Shown here: piece after piece, positions 9,191 to 18,396 of the stretch
Numbering within the stretch: the first letter of the stretch is position 1
Layout of the letters: the number at the start of each line of letters is the position of its first letter
DNA from: a virus
Lineage: Duplodnaviria; Caudoviricetes
Virus record (IMG/VR): IMGVR_UViG_3300025934_000015
Coordinates: 56,839-120,838 of that record
Direction: 5' to 3' (one strand)
Length of the DNA stretch: 64,000 nt
Notes under the pieces: model-generated
The model's input: the letters and a program-made list of their open reading frames with translations, nothing else
Told to the model about the DNA's origin: nothing
The model's database searches: none
Translations under genes and position numbers: made by a program

Positions 9191-9343
9191 ATGGACATTA
9201 CCATCAACGGCCAACACGGTATCGTCACGTACTGGGATAGTAAGTGGCATCTGGCCGATCAGCCACAGGCGGTCATGGCCCAAGTACGGTTCGACGATGG
9301 CCGTGTGGTGTTGTATCACGTGAACGCGCTTCCACACAAGTGA
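9191..9343 (+). CDS. Small hypothetical protein (50 aa) directly after the MuF gene
   Basis: ATG abuts the MuF stop and its TGA overlaps the next ATG; MDITINGQHGIVTYWDSKW... Confidence 0.65.
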   Translation: MDITINGQHGIVTYWDSKWHLADQPQAVMAQVRFDDGRVVLYHVNALPHK

Positions 9344-9597
9344 TGCACGTGGAACAGTGGTTTGCGGACCCGACAAAAGTTGGAGTCACCGTCTTATTGT
9401 TGATGGCGGTCGTAGCCTATTCACGCGAGTGGGTCGTCTCCGGCGTGACCTACACGAAGCAGATCGCGGAGAAGGATAAACAAATTGCTGCCCTAACAGC
9501 CGAACGTGATGAATTCAAACAGATGGTCATCACAAGTCTTAATATAACTGAGCGGACGCAGCGAGTCCGGGGTGGCGCATTACTCCCGAAGCAATAA
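9343..9597 (+). CDS. Small membrane protein with coiled coil
   Basis: Hydrophobic VGVTVLLLMAVVAY followed by a heptad-rich region; TGATG coupling. Confidence 0.7.
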   Translation: MHVEQWFADPTKVGVTVLLLMAVVAYSREWVVSGVTYTKQIAEKDKQIAALTAERDEFKQMVITSLNITERTQRVRGGALLPKQ

Positions 9598-9598
9598 C

Positions 9599-9805
9599 AT
9601 GAACGAATGGATCCGGACCCTGCGAACCTGGCTCCACAAGGGACAGCCTATGCCAGATACTCCGACCCGATCGGACCCGGACAAGGAAGACTTGGCGCGA
9701 CGCATTCAAGATGCGCAGTCGCGTTTACACCGATTGGAATGGGAGGCGGATGTCATGCGCCGGCGACAGATACCGCCCGATCAGAAAGAAAACGAACAAT
9801 GTTAG
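9599..9805 (+). CDS. Hypothetical protein
   Basis: Tightly packed ORF MNEWIRTLR... Confidence 0.6.
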   Translation: MNEWIRTLRTWLHKGQPMPDTPTRSDPDKEDLARRIQDAQSRLHRLEWEADVMRRRQIPPDQKENEQC

Positions 9806-10371
9806 ATCGAATTTTCGCTCATGCGACACCAGTGGAAGGGATCTTTACGGTCGTGTCGATCGCATCGGCGGCGGTGTCGTGGTACGCACTTCGGAACGCG
9901 ATGATTGATGCAGCCGTGCAGACGGCCGCAAAGATCAATGGCCCTCGTCGATTGGTGGCAGAGAATAACATTCATCAGGAGCAACTGCGATTGGCGGTCT
10001 CGGTCGTCATGGTGTTGGCATCGATTTCGTTCTTATTTCTCGAGCCACCGCCGCCGCAGTATTGGCTCCTGCCGCAGTCCCTGGTGGGACTGATTGCGTG
10101 GATTCTGGTCGCGACCATTATCATGCTGTCCTCCTTAGTCGATAAGTCGATTCGCCATAAGCTGCAAAAGTACGCGCCTATTGAAGTGACCACGAAGTCA
10201 GTCACGGTTCCGCCTCCGCTCAATGAGTTTGGCGAGCCGGGATCCCCCAAGGATCTCATGGACGTGTCGATGGCCATCCGTGCGGATTCGGCGCGTGCCG
10301 TCGAGGGTCGCCGGTCCGATGATTCCGTCGGACGACGCGCCACGGATAAACCCGCTATCGAGGAGAAATAA
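9799..10371 (+). CDS. Multi-pass membrane protein
   Basis: Three hydrophobic segments; C-terminal GRRSDD/GRRATD. Confidence 0.7.
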   Translation: MLDRIFAHATPVEGIFTVVSIASAAVSWYALRNAMIDAAVQTAAKINGPRRLVAENNIHQEQLRLAVSVVMVLASISFLFLEPPPPQYWLLPQSLVGLIAWILVATIIMLSSLVDKSIRHKLQKYAPIEVTTKSVTVPPPLNEFGEPGSPKDLMDVSMAIRADSARAVEGRRSDDSVGRRATDKPAIEEK

Positions 10372-10372
10372 C

Positions 10373-10525
10373 ATGGGATTACTTGAAGTGTTGATCCTTG
10401 TGATCTTCCTGCTATGGCTGGCAGGCTTTGGATTCGGCGTGGCCGGATCCTTGATCCACGTCCTGCTGATCCTTCTAATCATTCTCGTCATTGTGCGATT
10501 ACTTCAAGGACGGAACGTACTATGA
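10373..10525 (+). CDS. lmo0937/DUF5670-like small membrane protein
   Basis: MGLLEVLILVIFLLWLAGFGFGVAGSLIHVLLILLIILVIVRLLQGR fits the LWL.G....G..IH.LL...QGR pattern; RBS GAGGAG. Confidence 0.75.
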   Translation: MGLLEVLILVIFLLWLAGFGFGVAGSLIHVLLILLIILVIVRLLQGRNVL

Positions 10526-12741
10526 TCAAAAAAGAGGGCGAGAAGTGGATCCTCTATACCAAAGACGGATCCAAGAAACTCGGCACGCACGATTCCGAAG
10601 GCGACGCGAAGAAACAAGAAGCCGCCATCGAAGCCAGTAAGCATCGTGCGGCAGCGGACGCTGAGCACTTTCGCGCGTTGGTGGCGAATCTCGATGTGAC
10701 CACCCTGGCGCGGAAGCCGAACAAGGACGAACACCCCTTCACGTACTGCATGCAGGTCGTGGTTCCGGCCATCGAAGAGAAACAGGGCGCGATGGACAAT
10801 CCGGAGGCGTTCTGTGGCTGGTGGAAGGGCGAGCACGCATACGAAGCCGCGCAGGCCAAGACCCTGGAGGGTAAGGAGTCTCGCACGGTCCATCTGATGG
10901 GCGCGACCGGTCAGATTCGCACGGCGACGTTTGAAAACAAGGATTACATGGTGGTCCCGGTCGTGGCCCTCATGGAGGGCGTGATTCACGCCATCAACGC
11001 CGAAACGCCGGAGTACGTGCCGCTGGCGTGTCTCGCGTGCGCGCCGCAGGGATGGGACGGTCGCCCGGTGGTCCTTGGCCATCCCGTGAGAGACGGTCAT
11101 CAGATTTCCGCCAATTCACCAGAAGTCCTCGAATCGCAGTCCTTTGGTCGAATCTTCGGTGCGCGCCTCGACGGCAAGAAGTTGATGCTGGAGGCGTGGA
11201 TCGATCCGGTCAAGGCGGAGCGCATCGGCGCGCAGGAGATTGTCACCAAGCTGCGCGAAAACAAGATGTGCGAAGTGTCCGTCGGAGCCTTCGTGGTGAC
11301 GGACAAAACCGCAGGCATGTATGGCGACAAGCCCTACAAAGCAGTCTGGCGGGACATCGTGCCGGACCACTTGGCCTTTCTCCCCAAGGGCATTGGTGCG
11401 TGCAGCAACGAAATGGGCTGCGGATCCCCGCGGACGGCCATGGCCCATCTGATTACCGCCGAGGGCTTCGAGACCTTGGCGTTTCCCTTCCAGAAAAAGG
11501 AGGACACCGCGGACACCGATTGGGCCGCGAAAGCCGATGCCGCTGAAGCGGCCGCGACGAAAGCGGAGAAGGCGGGAGATACCACCGAAGCGGCTAAGCA
11601 ACAGAAGTTGGCCAAGGAGTATCGAACGAAGGCCAAGGCCATGAAGGCTGCACAGTACGGCGATACGCCAAATGAAGCAGCCTCCGAGGAGAAGGCGGAG
11701 CTGATTGCCTACCAGACCATGCGCACGCTGTGCGACCAGATTGGCGAGTCGTACGATGCCATTTCCGAAATCGTCGACGAGCTGATTGCCGACGAAGCCG
11801 ACAACCCAACGCAGACTCCCGCCGAGGAGGCTGCGGAAACCGAAGTGGAGACCGCTCGGCTGGAGTCGCTACAAGTGCTGTGCATGTCCCAGTACAGCAC
11901 GCTCAACGCCCTCATGAGTCTCACCACGGATTGTCTGCGGCCGGAACCGGCACCAGACGTGGCTCCGCGGTACATGGCGGGAGCACGCCACTCCGCCACC
12001 GATCGACAAATCATCCAGCGCGTTCACGACCACGCGGTGTCGTTGGGCGCAGAGTGTAGCGGCATGGAGGCCCGAGCCGCTGAAACACCGCGTGCCGATT
12101 CATCCACGCAACAGCCGGTCCCCGTACCGGCGGAGGTACGAGACATGGCTTGCACATGCGGAAAAACCACAAAAGGAGAGGCGATGAACAAGGAGCAGCG
12201 TACGGAACTCATCAAGACGCTATGCGCCGACAAGCATAGTGGGTTCACCGAAGCCGATTCCAAGATGTTGGAAGCGGCTCCCGACGAACGACTCGAATCC
12301 TTCCGTGTCGCTGCTGCGGCGCGGGCCAAGGAGGTCGAGGAGAAGACCAAGCCCGCGACCGAACCGGCACCGAAAGTCGCGGAATCGAAGCCCCTCACCG
12401 AGGACGACTTCATGAAGGTCGCCCCGGATTCGCTCAAGTCGCTCATCGCCCGCGCGCAGGCGCAGGATGCCGCCCACAAGACCACGCTCGTCGCGGACCT
12501 CAAGACCGCGCAGAGCGAGTACTCGGAATCGGAACTCGCGGCTATGTCCATCGACGCCCTGGAGCGTCTGAGCCGCGCGATCGGCCGTCAGGTCGAGCAG
12601 CCGACGTCGTACGCCGGGCGTGGTGTGCCGCGCGCCGCTGCCGCGCCGGAGAAGGACGTGTACACGAATCCGCCGAACCCCTACGAAGAGGGGCTGAAGA
12701 AGCTGCGCGCCTCCAGCGGGTTCGCGGAACAGACCGCGTAA
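10522..12741 (+). CDS. Prohead maturation protease (DUF2213-like) fused to a scaffold
   Basis: GRPVVLGHP, EVSVG, IVPDHLAFLPKGIGACS..GCG; acidic, Ala-rich helical C-terminus; lies before the decoration and capsid genes. Confidence 0.8.
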   Translation: MIKKEGEKWILYTKDGSKKLGTHDSEGDAKKQEAAIEASKHRAAADAEHFRALVANLDVTTLARKPNKDEHPFTYCMQVVVPAIEEKQGAMDNPEAFCGWWKGEHAYEAAQAKTLEGKESRTVHLMGATGQIRTATFENKDYMVVPVVALMEGVIHAINAETPEYVPLACLACAPQGWDGRPVVLGHPVRDGHQISANSPEVLESQSFGRIFGARLDGKKLMLEAWIDPVKAERIGAQEIVTKLRENKMCEVSVGAFVVTDKTAGMYGDKPYKAVWRDIVPDHLAFLPKGIGACSNEMGCGSPRTAMAHLITAEGFETLAFPFQKKEDTADTDWAAKADAAEAAATKAEKAGDTTEAAKQQKLAKEYRTKAKAMKAAQYGDTPNEAASEEKAELIAYQTMRTLCDQIGESYDAISEIVDELIADEADNPTQTPAEEAAETEVETARLESLQVLCMSQYSTLNALMSLTTDCLRPEPAPDVAPRYMAGARHSATDRQIIQRVHDHAVSLGAECSGMEARAAETPRADSSTQQPVPVPAEVRDMACTCGKTTKGEAMNKEQRTELIKTLCADKHSGFTEADSKMLEAAPDERLESFRVAAAARAKEVEEKTKPATEPAPKVAESKPLTEDDFMKVAPDSLKSLIARAQAQDAAHKTTLVADLKTAQSEYSESELAAMSIDALERLSRAIGRQVEQPTSYAGRGVPRAAAAPEKDVYTNPPNPYEEGLKKLRASSGFAEQTA

Positions 12742-12784
12742 GTTCACACGAAGTCGTCAACATCTCACGAGAGGACACTGACAC

Positions 12785-13222
12785 ATGGCTATTGTGAAGT
12801 ATCCGCCCAACACCATCTGGCTCGGTGGCGGCATGACGGTCGTCAACGACGTCGCCGCGGGCGCGGCGTTCAATCCGGGCCATCTCATCGAGCGCTACAA
12901 CTCGTCGGGCACGCCGCTGTTCCGCAAGCACTCCACCGCAGGCGGCGCGGCAGCGGCGATCTTCGGCCTGAACCAGTCCATGCTGAACAAAGGCGTGGAT
13001 GACGCGTACGCAATCGGTGACCTCGTCGAAGCGGGCATCATGGCCAAGGGCGCGCTGGTCTGGGCGCTCATCGGCGTGCTGACGGTCGTGCAGGGCGACA
13101 AGCTGGAGTCAGCGGGCAATGGCACGCTGCGTCTGCTGGCCGCGGGTATTGCCATCGCCATCGCGGCGGAAGGCAAGGTTGGCGCCTCGGGTGAAACCCG
13201 CGTGCGCGTCGAGATCCTCTAA
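12785..13222 (+). CDS. Head decoration / capsid-stabilising protein
   Basis: 145 aa, Gly/Ala-rich, GDKLESAGNGTLR; sits between protease and capsid; RBS GAGGA. Confidence 0.7.
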   Translation: MAIVKYPPNTIWLGGGMTVVNDVAAGAAFNPGHLIERYNSSGTPLFRKHSTAGGAAAAIFGLNQSMLNKGVDDAYAIGDLVEAGIMAKGALVWALIGVLTVVQGDKLESAGNGTLRLLAAGIAIAIAAEGKVGASGETRVRVEIL

Positions 13223-13252
13223 CCTCTCACGCTGCGAAAGGACACATACGTT

Positions 13253-14239
13253 ATGAGGTTTCAAGTCAACGATCACGATCATCCGCTCCAGACCGCGCTC
13301 CTGCGGGCAGCGGAACAGACAGGCGAGCTGTCCATCGCATCGCTTCGGTCACTGTCACCGCTTTCCGATAAGGCCCAGGTACTCGTCGACCGTGCGGTCG
13401 TCAGCGTGGGCCTTCAGCGCCTCGTCGTCGCGGCCGACGTCATGGCGGCAGGCCTGACCTATCCGCTCACCGATCCGTTGTCGGTGACACAGCTCGAATG
13501 GGAATCCATCTCGAAGACCGGCGGGGCACAGCGCACCATGAACCCGTCGGCGCGTGGTGAATTCCAATTGCCCAACCGTTCGATCAATCGGCTGCCGATT
13601 TATCTGACGACCGACGACTTCAGCCTTGGCATTCGCACGCTGAAGATGTCGCAGCGCGTCGGTCAGCCGCTCGACACGACCCTGGTGGAACAGGCGACGC
13701 GCCGCGTCAACGAGGCCATCGAGGACGCGATGATCAACGGCTCGGGTCTTGTCGTGGGTGGCTACGGTGCGCCTGGCATCTTGAACGCGCCGAATGCGAA
13801 CACGTACGACATCACGGTGAACTGGAACGCGGGCGCGACCGGCGACCAGATCCGAGTGGATACTATGGCGATGATCAGCCTGTTGCAGGCCGATCTGAAG
13901 TTCGGCCCGTACAACTTGTACGTCGGCACGGCGTATGGCAACGCGCTTACGGCCGACTTCAAGGCCAATGGCGATAAGTCCATCATTGCCCGCCTGCAGG
14001 AAATTCAGGCCGGTGGTCGTGGTCTTCAGATCAAGGTGGCGGACCAGATGCCGACGACGACGGTCGCGCTGATCCAGATGACCAGCGACACGATCGAAAT
14101 GGTCGTGGGTCAGCCGCCCACGGTCATTCCATGGACCAGCCTTGACGGGTTCACCCTCTTCTGGTTGGTCATGGCCATCATGGTCCAGCGCGTGCGCTCG
14201 GATTACGACGGCAACTCCGGCATCGTTATCGCCACGTAA
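13253..14239 (+). CDS. Major capsid protein (HK97 fold, encapsulin/linocin-like type)
   Basis: 328 aa with strong codon bias; LPI..DFSL..R, PLDTT, G.LNAPN, FGPY.LY; position in the head module. Confidence 0.85.
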   Translation: MRFQVNDHDHPLQTALLRAAEQTGELSIASLRSLSPLSDKAQVLVDRAVVSVGLQRLVVAADVMAAGLTYPLTDPLSVTQLEWESISKTGGAQRTMNPSARGEFQLPNRSINRLPIYLTTDDFSLGIRTLKMSQRVGQPLDTTLVEQATRRVNEAIEDAMINGSGLVVGGYGAPGILNAPNANTYDITVNWNAGATGDQIRVDTMAMISLLQADLKFGPYNLYVGTAYGNALTADFKANGDKSIIARLQEIQAGGRGLQIKVADQMPTTTVALIQMTSDTIEMVVGQPPTVIPWTSLDGFTLFWLVMAIMVQRVRSDYDGNSGIVIAT

Positions 14240-14242
14240 TAG

Positions 14243-14288
14243 GGGACGACGGTCTGACGACCGTCGCCTTCCGTCACCGTTTCTTTTT
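14243..14288 (+). terminator. Stem-loop after the capsid gene (possible terminator or mRNA stabiliser)
   Basis: CGACGGTC-TGAC-GACCGTCG, then TTTCTTTTT about 13 nt downstream. Confidence 0.45.
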
Positions 14289-14305
14289 CAAAGGGAGTAG
14301 CACAC

Positions 14306-15070
14306 ATGGCCGATCAGAATCAGGGCCAGACTCAGGGCAAGCCCGGCGACAAGCCGAAGGCCACGTCACCGGAAGATCGTCAGAAGGCGCAGAAGGAAGT
14401 CCAGGATCTGCGTCAAAAACTCCAAGAGGCCGAGACGCGTCTGGCCGAAACCGGCGACACGCGACAGACGACGGCTGAGGAAGACCTGAAAATGTTGCAG
14501 GACCGCGCGCAGTCCCAGCAGGTACGCGTGGTCGGCAAGCCGGGCGGACCGTTCACGATCAACGGTCAGGGCTTTGGCAATTCGTCCGGGCAGGCTCCGT
14601 GGCCGGGTCAGGTGATCATCGCTGGTCGGGCCGTGCCGATCACGTCGTGGCGTGACGGCAGCATCAAGGGCACGTTGCCGCCGGATCTGCCCGAGAAGGG
14701 CGACGTCGAAGTCACCATCAACTCCGGCGCAGCCACCGGCAAGGAACAGAAGATCAAGGGGCAGTGGCCTGCGCCACGGCCGGTCCTGAACGCGCAGGGA
14801 CAGGTCCAGATCAAGCTGGCCAACGGCCAGATTGTGTCGGGCGAACTCGTGCGCGGCGATCTGTCGGCACAGCCGGGCGCGGCCCCGCCGTATCTGCCGG
14901 GCGCGCAGGGCGTCCAGGGCGGCGGACCCGACATGAATCCGCCGCCGGGATCCACGGGCACCATGGCCGGACAGACGGTCGGCAGCGCGCCGTCCACGGC
15001 CACGGGTGGACCGGCGACGGGCGGTGCCGCAGGCGCGTCGCAGCCTCAGCACAAGACCGAAAACAAGTAG
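14306..15070 (+). CDS. Virion-associated protein with an IPT/TIG-like domain and low-complexity ends
   Basis: FTINGQGFG..VII.G.AVPITSW.DGSI..TLP; RBS AGGGAG. Confidence 0.65.
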   Translation: MADQNQGQTQGKPGDKPKATSPEDRQKAQKEVQDLRQKLQEAETRLAETGDTRQTTAEEDLKMLQDRAQSQQVRVVGKPGGPFTINGQGFGNSSGQAPWPGQVIIAGRAVPITSWRDGSIKGTLPPDLPEKGDVEVTINSGAATGKEQKIKGQWPAPRPVLNAQGQVQIKLANGQIVSGELVRGDLSAQPGAAPPYLPGAQGVQGGGPDMNPPPGSTGTMAGQTVGSAPSTATGGPATGGAAGASQPQHKTENK

Positions 15071-15114
15071 ATCCCGCGCATGTACGCGCGTGATGACACG
15101 AAGGGAGACGAACC

Positions 15115-15291
15115 ATGAAAGCAGGAGACGATCCCCGGACTGATCAGTCCGGCTCGAAGAACGTGCCCGATCCGCCGCCGAACAGCGATCCGGTGAAGGC
15201 TCCGGGAGGCGTGACCGAAAGCAATCCGCAGGGCACGCCGCCCGGACCGGGATCGCATCCCGGCACGCATCCCGGCGGCGACAAGCGGTAG
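15115..15291 (+). CDS. Small Pro/Gly-rich protein (58 aa)
   Basis: RBS AGGGAG before ATG; MKAGDDPRTDQ...HPGGDKR. Confidence 0.55.
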   Translation: MKAGDDPRTDQSGSKNVPDPPPNSDPVKAPGGVTESNPQGTPPGPGSHPGTHPGGDKR

Positions 15292-15367
15292 GAGAACGAC
15301 AGCCCCGTGAGGCTACAGACGTTTGAGGGACCGGTCACGGCTCGGTCCCAACCATTTGAGGTGTGTC

Positions 15368-16102
15368 ATGAGGCGGATGATCGTAATTTTTCTGAGCGTC
15401 TGGCTGCTTGCGACAAGTGCACTGGCTCAGACGAGTCTATCGACGACCGCCTGTCCCGGTGCTGGATGCCTGCCGATTCTCCTCTCTGGAGATACCGGAA
15501 CCGTCGGCATTCAAATTACCGGCACGTTCGTCGGCACCCTGGAGTTTGAAAAAACCATCGACAACACCAACTGGGTGTCGTGGTGGGTGTTGGCCAACGG
15601 CACGACCACCCCAGTCGTTAACACGACGACCACCGGATTTTTTGCAGGACCGGCAGCGGACGCCAAGTCGGTGCGCCTGCGGTTCTCCGCATTCACGTCA
15701 GGCTCGGCGGTCATTTCGTTCGATTTGACCAGCGGGATTATCGATGCGCCCACAGGTCCACTGACCGCCGGGTCGGCCCTGGTGCCAGACTCCAAGGCGA
15801 CCTTGACGGCGTCGGTCAACGTGAAAGCGACGGCGGGAAATGTCTATGGCGTGTTCGCGCTCAATGGGGCTGCATCTACCTGTTGGGTGCAGTTTATCAA
15901 TAGCGCCACGGCAGGCACGTTGGGCACAGGCGTAATTTTCTCGGTGCCGCTTCCGGCCTCCACGACGACGCCGGTCTATCTGCCGCCGACCTCCTTTCCG
16001 CTGGCGCAGTTTACGACGGGCATTGCCGTCGGCATTGCCACGACGCCCACCGGCTCGGCGGCGTGCGGTACCGGCGGAAACGTGGTGACGTTTTACAAGT
16101 GA
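15368..16102 (+). CDS. Beta-rich protein with a Sec signal peptide
   Basis: MRRMIVIFLSVWLLATSALA|QTS; RBS GAGG. Confidence 0.7.
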   Translation: MRRMIVIFLSVWLLATSALAQTSLSTTACPGAGCLPILLSGDTGTVGIQITGTFVGTLEFEKTIDNTNWVSWWVLANGTTTPVVNTTTTGFFAGPAADAKSVRLRFSAFTSGSAVISFDLTSGIIDAPTGPLTAGSALVPDSKATLTASVNVKATAGNVYGVFALNGAASTCWVQFINSATAGTLGTGVIFSVPLPASTTTPVYLPPTSFPLAQFTTGIAVGIATTPTGSAACGTGGNVVTFYK

Positions 16103-16108
16103 GCCATC

Positions 16109-16684
16109 ATGCCGACACTTGATGCAACCGCGGGCGGCGCAAACGCCAATAGCTACGAGACCCTGGAGGAAGCGGCCGAGTACTTCGATAACCGCTTGCC
16201 CATTGTGCCGCCTTGGGCTCCTACGGGGGATGCGAGTGAACGTCTCCTAATCACTGCGACGCGGACACTCAATAACATGTTCCGGGGCGGTCGCACGTTA
16301 GTGAAGAAGGGTACGGACTCGTATTACATCATCAATCGTAAGTGGAAGGGTCAGCGGGCGACCACGACCCAACGGCTGGACTTCCCTCGGATCGGATTGG
16401 TAGATGCTGATGGGAACGCCGTACCATCGGACAGCGTGCCGCAGGAAATCAAGGATGCGACATCGGAGTTAGCCGGGCAACTCGGAGCGGGCGACCGCAC
16501 GCTGGATAGTGATGTAGTCGTGCAGGGCATCAAAAGCGTGTCGGCCGGAAGTGTCTCCGTGTCCTTCAAGGACGATGTGTCCGCGCAAGTGCTGCCGGAT
16601 GCGGTTGTGAATAACATTCCACCCTGGTGGTACGACGACGAACAGATTGAATTGACCAACACCTTCGAGTTTGAGGTGGTGTAA
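16109..16684 (+). CDS. Head-tail adaptor (DnaT_2-like/gp6-like)
   Basis: ANSY.TLEEA..YF, LITATR, QRLDFPR, VPQEIKDA..ELA. Confidence 0.8.
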   Translation: MPTLDATAGGANANSYETLEEAAEYFDNRLPIVPPWAPTGDASERLLITATRTLNNMFRGGRTLVKKGTDSYYIINRKWKGQRATTTQRLDFPRIGLVDADGNAVPSDSVPQEIKDATSELAGQLGAGDRTLDSDVVVQGIKSVSAGSVSVSFKDDVSAQVLPDAVVNNIPPWWYDDEQIELTNTFEFEVV

Positions 16685-17067
16685 TGGGACTTGCGAGTGT
16701 CATCCGGAACGCTGTTGCCGTGGCCGATAAGGTCACGCAGGACCTCCAGCCGCTGGTGAGATTACAGCATGTCCTCTCGTCGAATAGCTCCGGCGACATT
16801 ACGTGGGGCGACCCTGTGGACATTCATGCCATTGTCGATTGGAAACAGAAGCACCTGCGGACGCAGGGTGGCGAGTTGACGGTCAGCCGTGCCAGTGTGC
16901 TCTTTCTCGATGTGAACGAGTTGAAGGCCGCGACCAATAACGAAGGCATTGACGACAACGACATTATCACGTTGCCGGATGGGACTACAGGTCCCATCAT
17001 CGACATGGCCGGATTCATTGACGCCGGAACGGGACGGCCGTTCGCGACCGAGGTCTTCCTTGGCTGA
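16684..17067 (+). CDS. Head closure protein
   Basis: 127 aa, beta-rich, D.ITLPDG; position. Confidence 0.65.
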   Translation: MGLASVIRNAVAVADKVTQDLQPLVRLQHVLSSNSSGDITWGDPVDIHAIVDWKQKHLRTQGGELTVSRASVLFLDVNELKAATNNEGIDDNDIITLPDGTTGPIIDMAGFIDAGTGRPFATEVFLG

Positions 17068-17470
17068 TTTCGTGCGGCTGCTCGGTGTCCCGGAAATGAT
17101 CAAGAAAATTCGGGAGATCCAGAAGCAGTTTCCCGATCGTGTGATCAACGCATTGCGCTACGAAGCCGAGATTGAAGTGACAGAGGCCAAAAAACGCACG
17201 CCGGTCTACACCGGCCCTACGGGTCCCGGCAAACCCATCCCTGGTCTCCTGCGGGCATCCGTGCATCAGGACGGACCCTATCGGGAGGGTTCGCGCATCT
17301 ATACGCGCATCGTGGCGGGAGGCGCGGCCGGAGCCTACGCCATCCCGCAGCATGAGAATTTAGAGTACTTCCATGAGGTGGGGCAGGCGAAGTACATCGA
17401 GTCCGTCATCATGGAATCGCGGCCGTTCATGGCCGCGCGCTTAGTGGCGCGCCTGCGCGCGATGGGGTAA
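17060..17470 (+). CDS. HK97 gp10-like neck protein
   Basis: AKKRTPV..G.LRAS, YAI.QHE, GQAKYIE; probable TTG start. Confidence 0.75.
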   Translation: MADFVRLLGVPEMIKKIREIQKQFPDRVINALRYEAEIEVTEAKKRTPVYTGPTGPGKPIPGLLRASVHQDGPYREGSRIYTRIVAGGAAGAYAIPQHENLEYFHEVGQAKYIESVIMESRPFMAARLVARLRAMG

Positions 17471-17473
17471 CGC

Positions 17474-17878
17474 ATGCCTGGACTGTTGGTCAATCAAGGC
17501 GAACGCATTATGCTAGAGGCGCTGGTCAATAAGACCGCGCCGCAAACGCTGGTGCTCCGGCTGTTCAAAAACAATTGGACGCCGGTGGAAACCGATACCG
17601 AAGCCGCCGCAACGGAAGCCACGTTTACCGGTTATGGATCGATTGTCCTGACGGGTGGAACATGGGTCACGACCGAAGGCGCACCATCCTCCATCGACTA
17701 TCCTCAGCAAGCGTTTGCCAGTAGCGCCGCGCAGGCGCCACAGGACGTGTACGGATACTACATCACACAGCAGACCAGCGGCAAACTGGTGGCGGCGGAA
17801 CGGTTCACCGACGGGCCGTACACCATTTCGAATAATGGCGACACCATCAAGGTGACGCCGAAAATTACACAAGACTAA
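17474..17878 (+). CDS. Tail-associated structural protein
   Basis: LRLFKNN.TP, EATFTGY, VYGYY, NGDTIKVTPKI. Confidence 0.6.
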   Translation: MPGLLVNQGERIMLEALVNKTAPQTLVLRLFKNNWTPVETDTEAAATEATFTGYGSIVLTGGTWVTTEGAPSSIDYPQQAFASSAAQAPQDVYGYYITQQTSGKLVAAERFTDGPYTISNNGDTIKVTPKITQD

Positions 17879-18384
17879 TGGCTGACTTCGTGTATCAAGG
17901 CCGTATTGACGCGCACGTCATACTCGTGGGCTACCCGTACGTTCTGGCGGGTGATACCGACCTGCTGGATAACGTCGTCGCAATTCTCGAGCGCGCGGGC
18001 GTCGGCATTGATAATCAAACGATCTTTCGAACCTCGAAGGCCCAGATTCCCACCGGTGCGGGTCCGTACTTGACGGTCACTGAAACTGGCGGCTCCGGAC
18101 CAGAAGGGACCCACAATGCGGTGGGACTACCAGCGTACCAGCGGCCGAATGTGTCGATGATTGTGCGTGGTACTTCGACATCCGCGACACGGAACATGAT
18201 CAAAAAGGCCTATGCGGCACTCGTCGCGTTTGGACAAAAGTCGCAGGCTATCCAGGGCGTGTGGTATCGGTCTGTGATACCGCTTCAAGAGCCGTTTGAT
18301 ACCGGCGTCGATGGCAATGGACGATTCACGATGACCGTCAATTTTGCGTTTGTCAAACGGCCAAACGCAGCGATGAGTCGGTAA
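17878..18384 (+). CDS. Tail terminator / tail completion protein
   Basis: ETGGSGP, RPNV..IVRG, QEPF..G.D.NGR....NF; precedes the tail tube gene. Confidence 0.7.
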   Translation: MADFVYQGRIDAHVILVGYPYVLAGDTDLLDNVVAILERAGVGIDNQTIFRTSKAQIPTGAGPYLTVTETGGSGPEGTHNAVGLPAYQRPNVSMIVRGTSTSATRNMIKKAYAALVAFGQKSQAIQGVWYRSVIPLQEPFDTGVDGNGRFTMTVNFAFVKRPNAAMSR

Positions 18385-18396
18385 AAGGAGAGACAC

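Noticed and set aside
13253-14239. Cellular encapsulin nanocompartment
   Set aside because: Embedded in a complete phage head-neck-tail operon, so it is the viral capsid.
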